From assembly GCA_004195635.1 (NCBI GenBank), contig PSPT01000004.1:15021-79020 (forward strand): 64,000 nucleotides of DNA, read 5' to 3'. The position numbers and the translations under genes were made by a program. Numbering within the stretch: the first letter of the stretch is position 1; every line of letters begins with the position of its first letter. Positions 41,089 to 49,718 of the stretch are shown piece after piece. This DNA comes from Methanobacteriota archaeon (lineage in GTDB: Archaea; Thermoplasmatota; Poseidoniia; Poseidoniales; Poseidoniaceae). The notes under the pieces are model-generated. The model did no database searches, was not told where the DNA came from, and saw nothing but the letters and a program-made list of their open reading frames with translations.

Positions 41089-42309
41089 ATGCGTCTTGCC
41101 ATCTTATCCCGCGGACCGCGTTTGTATTCAACTCGGCGTTTGGTAGAGGAGGCGCTAAAGTGCAACATTGATGTAAATGTCCTCGACCCATTACAATTTA
41201 GCCTAAGTATTGGCACTGAAAATGTTGAGATTCTTCACAAGGGCGAACCAATTAGAATTGATGCTATAATTCCGCGTATTGGCCATTCAATTACTCGGCA
41301 TGGAGTTGCCTTACTGAATCAGTTTGAACAAATAGGCATTTATGCCGCTAATAGCGGAGATGGAATCCGTCTTTCACGAGATAAATTACTCGCTAGTCAA
41401 ATTCTAGCAAAAAATGGCATTAAAATTCCAACTACCGCATATGTCCGAGATATTCGCGATGTTGAGGCTGCAATTCAACGAGTTGGAGGATTGCCTTGCG
41501 TGATTAAAGTAAGTGAAGGAACTCAAGGACTAGGGGTTTTCCTGCGTCATACATTACGAGAGGCAAAGAACCTCGTAGAGGCATTATTACTTGGAGATAA
41601 AGCAGTACTCATCCAAGAATATATTGCCGAGAGCCATGGAAAAGACATCCGAGTATTAGTTGTCGGCGACAAGGTTGTTGCAGCAATGCGCCGTCGAGCG
41701 AGAGGGAGCGAATTCCGTTCCAATTATCATCTAAATGGTACCATAGAGGCCGTTACATTATCTCCTGAGGCAGAAACTATTGCCCGTAGGGCAGCACGCG
41801 TACTCGGTTTAGGTATAGCCGGAGTAGACCTTTTGGAGGGCGAGGACGGACCTCTTGTTTTGGAAGTAAACTCATCCCCTGGCCTTGAAGGTATTGAAAA
41901 AGCAAGTAAAGTAAATGTTGCCGCTGCAATCATTGAATATGTTATGGATGATTGGGAGTTTTCTGATGTTAATCTTAGCCAATTGTTGCGTACTCAAGCC
42001 GGAAGTAGCGTACTCTCCATACATTTGCGAAACCATCCCAAATTAATCGGTAGAAATATTGAAGAATTATTTGCCGAGCAAATAAAAATGCCACTATTTG
42101 CTATTTCACGTGATAATGACTTGATTTGGAATCCAGACGGGACTCTCCAATTGCGCTATGATGATGTATTAATTTGTTATGGGAAAACAGATATTTTACG
42201 AAACACCCTAAAGCGAGCAATTAAAATTGATTCAAATATTACCTCTCAATACATAAATTATCAGTCAAAAACAATTGATAATTCAAGTGACATTATTTCT
42301 CAACAATAA
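41089..42309 (+). CDS. rimK: RimK-family alpha-L-glutamate ligase (ATP-grasp) with C-terminal RCK_C/TrkA-C-like domain
   Basis: LYSTRRLVE, IPRIG, RDKL, GTQGLGV, QEYI..DIRVLVVG, FRSNYHLNG and EVNSSPGLEGIE; extra C-terminal domain LIGRNIEEL..ISRD..PDG..LRYDDVL. Confidence 0.9.
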   Translation: MRLAILSRGPRLYSTRRLVEEALKCNIDVNVLDPLQFSLSIGTENVEILHKGEPIRIDAIIPRIGHSITRHGVALLNQFEQIGIYAANSGDGIRLSRDKLLASQILAKNGIKIPTTAYVRDIRDVEAAIQRVGGLPCVIKVSEGTQGLGVFLRHTLREAKNLVEALLLGDKAVLIQEYIAESHGKDIRVLVVGDKVVAAMRRRARGSEFRSNYHLNGTIEAVTLSPEAETIARRAARVLGLGIAGVDLLEGEDGPLVLEVNSSPGLEGIEKASKVNVAAAIIEYVMDDWEFSDVNLSQLLRTQAGSSVLSIHLRNHPKLIGRNIEELFAEQIKMPLFAISRDNDLIWNPDGTLQLRYDDVLICYGKTDILRNTLKRAIKIDSNITSQYINYQSKTIDNSSDIISQQ

Positions 42310-42477
42310 TCAGGCTAATTTATCCATAGCGTGGCTGGCATAGTTCCAGTAATATTGGCAGTATTATTGAGAAAATATATTGATTGAACGAGAGGGCGGA
42401 TACTATTAGTTTGGCTGAGTTCTAATGCTATTTCGCCGCAAATAGATTATGCGAACTTCACTGTTATTGGGGGGGAA

Positions 42478-43593
42478 ATGCACGAAGGCTTGATATTGTG
42501 GAGGGATAGACTACCTTCGGGATGCACTCCGGCTTCGGCTGGAGGAGGGATATTCGTGGCTGGACCATATCAACATAATTTCTCGCAAAGGCGGGGTATT
42601 CAACAAAGGTTGAATCCAAATGTTGCTGGACCAGAATTACCACCTAGATTACAACGATTATCTCACATTTCTTGGAGTTCAACCTATCGTCAACAATTAA
42701 AGGCTGAAGGGAAATCCAATAATACCATAAAAACATATTTTTGTGGGTTAAAGAAATTCATAGAAACTCCATTGGAGGATGAAGAAATCCTTACTGCATC
42801 TGCTTATGAGCAAATGCCGCTATCTACTTTGCACTCAAGAATTGAGCCTATAAATGGTAGAATTGACATTTGGCATCACTCCATTTCCCATTTGAAATCA
42901 AGAACTGTATTAGCAAGAATGGCTGCAGTTGCGCATTTGTTAAATTGGCTTGGGCTAAATATGCCCGATTGGATAATCCGCCCCCCCAAGGGAAAAACAT
43001 TACCACGCACCCTCACTGCGCGTGAATTAGAATTGGTAATATCAGCATCAAAACAAAGTGAAAACCCAATTGCAGAGCCAATCGTAATCCTCCTACTTGA
43101 TACTGGAATGAGAGTAAGCGAATTGTGCGGACTGGACTTGCATGATATTGATTTAGCAGGAAAAAATGCTCGAGTTGTTGGCGGGAAGGGAAACAAAGAT
43201 CGTTTGGTTCTGTTTACTCAAGATAGTGTTGAAGTAATCACATCTTGGTTGAAAATTCGAGAAGTTAGAGCCCATCCCGATGAAGTTTCATTATTCGTTT
43301 CACGAAGAGGCAAAAGGCCTCACCCACGTTCTATCCAAAAAATGATGGTTAAATTATCACAAATCGCTGGATTGCCTGCAAGGAAACTCACCCCGCATGT
43401 ACTTCGCCATAACTTTGCCACAGGATTATTGGAAAGAGGCGCTGACCTCGTTTCAATTCAGCGATTACTTGGGCATTCAAGTATTGCTACCACAAGAATG
43501 TATCTTGATATTACGGACCAAACATTGCGTGAAGTTTACAAGCGTGCTCAAGCATTAAGGGACACTATTGAAGAAGAAAGGGATGAAATATAA
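42478..43593 (+). CDS. xerA: XerA-like tyrosine recombinase
   Basis: Catalytic R-K-H-R-H-Y set: TGMRVSEL, GKGNK, HVLRHNFAT, LLGHSSIATTRMY. Confidence 0.9.
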   Translation: MHEGLILWRDRLPSGCTPASAGGGIFVAGPYQHNFSQRRGIQQRLNPNVAGPELPPRLQRLSHISWSSTYRQQLKAEGKSNNTIKTYFCGLKKFIETPLEDEEILTASAYEQMPLSTLHSRIEPINGRIDIWHHSISHLKSRTVLARMAAVAHLLNWLGLNMPDWIIRPPKGKTLPRTLTARELELVISASKQSENPIAEPIVILLLDTGMRVSELCGLDLHDIDLAGKNARVVGGKGNKDRLVLFTQDSVEVITSWLKIREVRAHPDEVSLFVSRRGKRPHPRSIQKMMVKLSQIAGLPARKLTPHVLRHNFATGLLERGADLVSIQRLLGHSSIATTRMYLDITDQTLREVYKRAQALRDTIEEERDEI

Positions 43594-43599
43594 TTTCCC

Positions 43600-43806
43600 T
43601 TAGGACGCAGATCGCCTTTGACCAGGGTGTTTTTTATTGAGACGCTTGTTCAATTTTTCAGGCCCTTTCCATTTGCGACAAGGTGCAATAACATAGCCTC
43701 TATGGGTTGGTATCGGACAATATTTGCCCGAGCGGCAGCGGCTACAATTATCCAATTTAGGAGGGTCTACTTTTTTCCGTAGACGGCCATACTTGCGCCT
43801 TGGCAT
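43600..43806 (-). CDS. Small very basic CCCH zinc-knuckle protein (ribosomal-protein-like)
   Basis: 68 aa, K/R-rich, CSRC-x5-CPIPTH; TTGAA box 25-29 nt upstream of the ATG. Confidence 0.65.
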   Translation of the reverse strand: MPRRKYGRLRKKVDPPKLDNCSRCRSGKYCPIPTHRGYVIAPCRKWKGPEKLNKRLNKKHPGQRRSAS

Positions 43807-43916
43807 GAACTCCCTTCGCCTAAAGAGTCATTCAACATAACGGTTGTATTTTCCATTAATTGCCAACTGTACAACAATTAGCAAAACTCGAAATGAAAAG
43901 TATTGAAAGAAATAAT

Positions 43917-44450
43917 TTACTTTCTAATTCGCTTTAACATATCTTTGAGAGAGAGGGTCTTGAGAATTCCACCCTTTGTTTTTAGATCATCGCTTGGTTT
44001 CTTTTTTGCCTTGGCCTTTGCAGCGGTTTTCTTTGCTACGGATTTTGCTTTGGTTGTTGCCTTTTTGCTTGTTACCTTGGCTTTTACAACGGTTTTCTTT
44101 GCCGCAGATTTGGCTTTGGCAGTTGCCTTTTTGCCTGTTACCTTGGCTTTTATAGCGGTTTTCTTTGCCGCAGATTTCGCTTTGGCAGTTGCCTTTTTGC
44201 CTGAAGATTTAGCCGCAGCAACCTTTTTCTTCGTCTTTTGGGTCGCCTTTGCCAAAACAAGTAATTTCTTTGCAGTTCCTAAACTTATTCCAGCTTTGCC
44301 TAAACCATCTTCACCTGCTTTATTAATCCCTGCAAGAGTCTTTATGTTTGAGGTAAGAAGTTTTGCTGCCGTTGCTCTTCCCACACCGGGAAGTTTCATC
44401 AATTTTGCAATTGCTTTCTCATTCGCCCCGCCAGATTTCTTAGCCGCCAT
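43917..44450 (-). CDS. Helix-hairpin-helix protein with histone H1-like Lys/Ala repeats
   Basis: LMKLPGVGRATAAKLL (HhH) followed by about 3 x KKATAKAKSAAKKTxxKAKVTx. Confidence 0.8.
   Translation of the reverse strand: MAAKKSGGANEKAIAKLMKLPGVGRATAAKLLTSNIKTLAGINKAGEDGLGKAGISLGTAKKLLVLAKATQKTKKKVAAAKSSGKKATAKAKSAAKKTAIKAKVTGKKATAKAKSAAKKTVVKAKVTSKKATTKAKSVAKKTAAKAKAKKKPSDDLKTKGGILKTLSLKDMLKRIRK
44010..44205. repeat. 66-bp tandem repeat x3 (22-aa Lys/Ala unit)
   Basis: Units beginning cttggc at 44010, 44076 and 44142. Confidence 0.9.
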
Positions 44451-44661
44451 ATCATCGCCTCTAGATGGTGAGGAGGGATGGTAATATGAATACTTAACCA
44501 ACCGATTTACCCCGATTATGCAATATTCTGGCATTAATTATTGAATAATGTCAATAATAATTAGATTATCCCACTAAAAATAATATGATACACTCATTGT
44601 ATTATAATTATCACGCAACAACCCTTCATGATAAAATACAAACAACTAATCCAATTATTTA

Positions 44662-45561
44662 GTGGCAAAGGAATTAGACACTCGAAAGTCCCACCTTTGG
44701 GCTCAAGTAAGAAAAGCTAGAGTAAGTCATCTTTGCGAAGATGAGAGTAATTTCCTTCGTCCGGCAAAATACCCTGTAGATGCGCGAAAAGTATTACTTG
44801 GTGATATTGCTGAAATGGTTCTTCACACTTTTGGTCCACATGAAATTCCAGTTTTTTCCACCCCCCCGAAATTTGATGAGCAGAGTTGGGCTTTGATTAT
44901 TCAAGATTCTGAATTAAAGGTTGAAATTATTAGTAGACCATATTGGGGCTTTGGTTTATTCACTCAGTGCTATATTAATGAAATTTCAATTACGGGCCAT
45001 GTCCAGCGAAGATGCAGATTGATTTACGATATGTTATCGAGTCTTAGCCACCACCCTTGGGAAGCTGTCCGACAAAATAAGTTTGCAAAAGTAAGTGGAA
45101 GGAATATTGATGAGAATACCTGTGAATGGCAAAAGCACATTGAACATATTGAAAATGAATTTAAAGCAGAAATTAATTCCTTAATGGAAAAAATTGCAGA
45201 ACACCAAGAGGGTGAAATTTCGGAAAGTAATAGAAAATTGTTTAACGAAGCAAAGGACGATATTGAAATGGCTGAAGCAGCACTAAGAGATAATAACTCA
45301 TTTGCAATTGAAAGAGCATTAAGCAGAGTAGAGGAGGCTTTGATTGAAGCAGACCCAGATTATGAATCCAATATTCTCGCACTCAAAAACACAAGCGAAT
45401 CCGCGCAAGCCCCCCTTGATTTGATATTGAATGAAACTGGTTCAAACTCAATCTTGGGAAATCAAATAGATGATATTCCATTAGTTGATTTAAGTAATGA
45501 ACTATTGGAGGAGGAAGATATACCCCTGATTGATCTTACCTCTATTTATGAAGAAGAATGA
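44662..45561 (+). CDS. Hypothetical protein
   Basis: 299-aa ORF filling the gap; helical middle; acidic tail with duplicated DIPL(V/I)DL. Confidence 0.7.
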   Translation: MAKELDTRKSHLWAQVRKARVSHLCEDESNFLRPAKYPVDARKVLLGDIAEMVLHTFGPHEIPVFSTPPKFDEQSWALIIQDSELKVEIISRPYWGFGLFTQCYINEISITGHVQRRCRLIYDMLSSLSHHPWEAVRQNKFAKVSGRNIDENTCEWQKHIEHIENEFKAEINSLMEKIAEHQEGEISESNRKLFNEAKDDIEMAEAALRDNNSFAIERALSRVEEALIEADPDYESNILALKNTSESAQAPLDLILNETGSNSILGNQIDDIPLVDLSNELLEEEDIPLIDLTSIYEEE

Positions 45562-45627
45562 GTTTTTCTTGAATATTTACGCGCGGCGGTTTCATAAATG
45601 CTGGGCTTGTCGGAGGGTTTGGTTCTC

Positions 45628-45822
45628 ATGGCAACGAAGAAGAGTAAGAAGGACGGCAGCGGCATTCAACAAGCCGCTGGATTGATTAGATACTTCGATG
45701 AAGAATCTGAAGATGCATGGCATATTACCAAGAGTCAAGTCTATGCTGCTTGTATTATTTTATCCGCTGTAGTATATTTTGCCAACAACGGCGTCATAGG
45801 CTGGTTTACCGGTTTATTCTGA
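45628..45822 (+). CDS. secG: Preprotein translocase subunit Sec61beta
   Basis: QQAAGLIRYFDEE followed by a TM helix. Confidence 0.9.
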   Translation: MATKKSKKDGSGIQQAAGLIRYFDEESEDAWHITKSQVYAACIILSAVVYFANNGVIGWFTGLF

Positions 45823-45912
45823 ACTCAAGTGTGTGCTTTTTCATTTCTTGGCCTACTTGCTAGACGGTCCAAGATAAACTACTGGTTCATATTGCCTTTG
45901 GACCTTGAACAA

Positions 45913-46281
45913 TTAATTTCTCGGTTCAATAAGAACAACTTGTCCTTTAGTTTGAGCAAGATAATTAGCATAAGCAATTGCCATTTTGAAATCTTCAACG
46001 CTACCAAGGGTTGTCGGGGAATCTTCATCATGAAGTACAACTCGGTGACTTAAACCAGCGAGTATTTCTTCACTAACTTGTTGCCAAACCCACTTTTCAT
46101 CTTCAATAGTTAGCATAGCAGGAACATCGACTGCCCCTCCCTGCTCTCCAAGGTTAGCATTAGACCTATGCCACAATTTGGAAAGCTGACCTTCACCAAT
46201 TGCCAAGTCCAATTTCTGTTGTTGCATTGAGGTTGCAGCCCGATTTTCGGGTGCAATTCCTTCTCTAAAAGCTCTGCCCAT
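45913..46281 (-). CDS. Hypothetical protein
   Basis: 122-aa ORF with globular composition and no competing long ORF. Confidence 0.55.
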   Translation of the reverse strand: MGRAFREGIAPENRAATSMQQQKLDLAIGEGQLSKLWHRSNANLGEQGGAVDVPAMLTIEDEKWVWQQVSEEILAGLSHRVVLHDEDSPTTLGSVEDFKMAIAYANYLAQTKGQVVLIEPRN

Positions 46282-46418
46282 TCATTTCCCATCCCATCGG
46301 CCCCGAAGGCCCAACAAAGAGTCAGCCAATTTTTAGCATTGATAACTGTTGGGGGTATGAACAAGGTGAATAATGCTATTTCAAGACCTTAGAATAATAT
46401 TCATAAGCCAATTATTCA

Positions 46419-47828
46419 TTAGGCACGAATAATCTGAGATTTACTAATAATAATCATTGGAATTACCGACAAAGCTGCACCAACGAGTAAAGCCAAACCG
46501 ATTCCTAGCCCGGTAATGGGAGAGACACAAATAGCAACAAGAGATACATCAACAATAATCACTGAAACAATTGCCTTCTGTCGTGATTTACCTTCAAGGC
46601 GAGTGCCTTTTTCAACAATAGCAGGTATTACTGCTGCGGTTGAAAAGCCAACTAATATTCCCGGAAGAAGCAATATTGAAAGCGGATTAATTGCGACCAA
46701 TAAGGGAAATGACATTGCCGAAACAAAGCGGTACCCCCATAATTCTGGGCGAGGGCGGTCGTCAAGTCCAGCAATTGGAAGGAGCATTCCAATAAGGCCT
46801 GCAATTAATAAGGGGAAAATTAATTGCGTGGACAACCAAAGAGACCCAAACCAAACTCCAACATTTGGTAATTGGAAGGCCAATGTGGTAGTGGTAAGCC
46901 ATATTATCGCAACCGAATGCAATACTGCACTGCCTAGGCCTAGCCACCTACCGCGACCAACACGAAATTTACGCTCGGCTAATAGATGTGCATGAAGCGC
47001 AGTACCAGCAAACAAAAATAATCCTGAAAGTCCAAGTAAGAAACTTGTTCTTGCTCCAAAAATAGGATCTATCAATAACAAGGCTAAGACATCATCGCCA
47101 CTGGGGCTTGAAGAAAGAATAATGAAGCCAAGTCCGATAAATGGTAATAATAATAACCAACCAACTTGGTGTGGAAATGGATTTTCTGGATGAAAGCGAT
47201 CTGCCCGCTCCATCAGTAACGATAATTGCATTACTGCAACACCAAAAACTATTCCAAGCAAAAAAAGAGCAATCCAAAGAGGTAAGGTGGAAGAAAGACT
47301 ACCGGTAAATTCACCCAAAAACACACTACTTTGAGAGGGAGGAAAGGGCTCATCTGGAAGTAATCCATATAGTAATAACATCCACAACCAACCACCCCAG
47401 CGGCGAATATTATTTGCTAAGCGAATATTGTCTTCCTCACTCATTCCGCCAAAATCCAATTCATGCTGGGTTGGCAATCGCGTAAGGACAAACCCCAAAT
47501 ACAATCCAAAACCGAGTAATAGAGCCATTGTTCCCGATACCCAGCCCGATAATGAGGCTGCAATTCTTTCACTAATTCCAGAACTATCTTCAAGTGCAAC
47601 CAATACTCTCTCATGGTCGGTATTTAGTTGGGCAAAGGCGAGTAAATCTATCCCCCAACTGACAAAAACAAAAATAAAAGGGGACCAATCTATTGCAAGT
47701 AATAATAATGTATTTATTCGTCTTGATTCTGATTGCAATAATTGTTTTCGAATCACTGGGCCAATAATGAGCACCATGCTTGCAATTAAGGAGGCCGTGA
47801 GAAAAACCTCGGCTGCCGGAGACGCCAT
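46419..47828 (-). CDS. Multi-pass membrane protein of unknown function
   Basis: About 12-14 hydrophobic segments; start MASPAAEV at 47828 with TTCAA 26-30 nt upstream, which avoids overlap with the methyltransferase. Confidence 0.75.
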   Translation of the reverse strand: MASPAAEVFLTASLIASMVLIIGPVIRKQLLQSESRRINTLLLLAIDWSPFIFVFVSWGIDLLAFAQLNTDHERVLVALEDSSGISERIAASLSGWVSGTMALLLGFGLYLGFVLTRLPTQHELDFGGMSEEDNIRLANNIRRWGGWLWMLLLYGLLPDEPFPPSQSSVFLGEFTGSLSSTLPLWIALFLLGIVFGVAVMQLSLLMERADRFHPENPFPHQVGWLLLLPFIGLGFIILSSSPSGDDVLALLLIDPIFGARTSFLLGLSGLFLFAGTALHAHLLAERKFRVGRGRWLGLGSAVLHSVAIIWLTTTTLAFQLPNVGVWFGSLWLSTQLIFPLLIAGLIGMLLPIAGLDDRPRPELWGYRFVSAMSFPLLVAINPLSILLLPGILVGFSTAAVIPAIVEKGTRLEGKSRQKAIVSVIIVDVSLVAICVSPITGLGIGLALLVGAALSVIPMIIISKSQIIRA

Positions 47829-47946
47829 TGAACCCTCGTTTACACTTTGGTTTTTGAATAAAACCCCCTCTCGTTGCATTTCAAGTGTGGGTTTGGTTTT
47901 CATAAAGAAGGGTGTCCGACCCATTAGCAGAGAGGAGAGGGTAGGG

Positions 47947-49671
47947 GTGAGAAACGCGAATGAAGAGACCGATCTGCGGACAGTTGTCGGAACTTCAGCC
48001 CTCGCCGAGTTAGCCAGAAATGTATGCAATTATTATGACAAAGATGCTGAAAAATGGCTCGACGTGGCAATAACTCCACTTCCCGAAACGGCTCGCTTAA
48101 ACCCATTGAGGCATGACATTGAATGGACAATTAGTCAACTTGAGGCATTGGGGGCTAAGCCCTTAGAATGGTTTGAACTGAAAAAAATTAATAGTAGCAT
48201 AAAAGGAAAAGTTGTGGTGAAAGGCGCTGGCGCATGGCAATTCCCTTGGCCAAGAGGGAAGGCACCCGACGAAGAAAAAAAGAAAATACTTCAGGCATTA
48301 CATGAAACTGGAAGAATTACTCGTCAAGAAGCTGCATCTATGCTTCCAATACTGATAATGAAACCAATGTCGCATGAAAAGGTCCTTGACTTATGCGCTG
48401 CACCTGGCTCAAAGACTACTCAAGCCGCAGAAGCAATGTGGGGTAAAGGAATAGTATTGGCAAATGAGAAAAATCCTGGAAGGTCAAATCTATTATCGAC
48501 CAATAAAAATAGAATTGGCGTGGCTAATATTTCGATTTGTTGTCATGATGGAAGACACTTCCCTAAAGTTCCTCTACCTGGATTTGATGCAATACTTGCA
48601 GATGTGCCTTGTACAGGAACTGCGACTACACGTAAAAATAAGGCACTTTGGTGGAATTGGCAGCAAAAGGCCGGAAACGGCATGCATAAACTTCAGGTTG
48701 ATATCTTGTCAAGAGGAGTAAAACTGCTTAGACCGGGTGGTAGAATTGTATATTCAACTTGTTCCATTGACCCAATTGAAAATGAAAAGGTTATTGCAAA
48801 AGTTTTACAGCAATTTCCATGGCTAAAACTACAAGATATTTCCAAACAATGTCATCCCGGTATTGAATTGGACGAGGGTATGGTTGAGTGGAAAGGAAGT
48901 GAGGAAATACCACAAAACATTCTCCAACAACTCACAAAGTGTAAACGCCTTCCCCTTGGAAAGTATGACACTGGCGGATTTTTTGTCGCCTTACTGACTC
49001 ATGAAGGAGAAGGTAAAGTCGCTGAGACATTAATCACCGACCCAAATTGGACCCCAACCTACCGGGAATTACCCATCCCCTCAAAGCATACACCGGTACC
49101 ATTAGAGAATGAAAGAAAAGAGGAATTGGTTAGGGAATGGGGAGTCGATGATGAGGGATACGCGTGGTTCACACGTGGCAAATCTGTCACCCTCGCCACC
49201 CGAGAAACCCTTGATTGGTTACACGCACCTGAGCGTCCTGCAGGGAATAAGAAAATATGGCCAGGGGGGCATTGGCACCCGGTGAAAGTACTTCACGCAG
49301 GGATTCCTGCTTTTGAAAAAAGAAATGACAAGTGGCGTCCAAAGGGTACAGTAATGCAAATTCTTCGCGACAATATTGCAGGGTCATATGTAGAATTAAG
49401 CACATCAGAAATGCATAAATTGCTTCATGGCGAGCCGGTGGAAATTGAAAATTTACAATATCCTAAAAATGCCATAGGACCTATTTTAGCCGGCTGGGGT
49501 GGGGTCAAAACAGAGGATAAAAACGAGGGAGAGGTAATCCAAAGTTTCGTAGTTGGTGCATGGATTGGTGAACGCCTTACTTCAATGACAAATAAATTTG
49601 AATCACAGATTCGCCTATTACAACTCAATCACACCCCAATGGATGACTCGCTATATAATGAGGATGAATGA
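47947..49671 (+). CDS. RsmB/NOL1/NOP2-family RNA m5C methyltransferase
   Basis: RQEAASM, LDLCAAPGSKT, ANE, DVPCTG and VYSTCS..ENE; GTG start with GAGGAG SD. Confidence 0.93.
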   Translation: MRNANEETDLRTVVGTSALAELARNVCNYYDKDAEKWLDVAITPLPETARLNPLRHDIEWTISQLEALGAKPLEWFELKKINSSIKGKVVVKGAGAWQFPWPRGKAPDEEKKKILQALHETGRITRQEAASMLPILIMKPMSHEKVLDLCAAPGSKTTQAAEAMWGKGIVLANEKNPGRSNLLSTNKNRIGVANISICCHDGRHFPKVPLPGFDAILADVPCTGTATTRKNKALWWNWQQKAGNGMHKLQVDILSRGVKLLRPGGRIVYSTCSIDPIENEKVIAKVLQQFPWLKLQDISKQCHPGIELDEGMVEWKGSEEIPQNILQQLTKCKRLPLGKYDTGGFFVALLTHEGEGKVAETLITDPNWTPTYRELPIPSKHTPVPLENERKEELVREWGVDDEGYAWFTRGKSVTLATRETLDWLHAPERPAGNKKIWPGGHWHPVKVLHAGIPAFEKRNDKWRPKGTVMQILRDNIAGSYVELSTSEMHKLLHGEPVEIENLQYPKNAIGPILAGWGGVKTEDKNEGEVIQSFVVGAWIGERLTSMTNKFESQIRLLQLNHTPMDDSLYNEDE

Positions 49672-49718
49672 TTCACACACCCCTAAACCTCCTTTACCTA
49701 TTCCATCTCGCCCAAACT

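Noticed and set aside
42102-42117. TATTTCACGTGATAAT, parS-like
   Set aside because: Only 12/16 and inside the rimK CDS; expected by chance
42478-43593. Tyrosine recombinase as integrase of a mobile element
   Set aside because: No adjacent tRNA or att repeat and no phage or plasmid cargo; flanks look like core genes and the sequence is XerA/XerD-like
43903-44484. 193-aa hydrophobic plus-strand ORF
   Set aside because: Antisense shadow of the Lys/Ala-repeat gene
47428-48029. Long antiparallel overlap of the methyltransferase and membrane-protein ORFs
   Set aside because: Artefact of the longest-ORF rule; starts at 47947 (SD) and 47828 (TATA-like box) give a normal divergent pair
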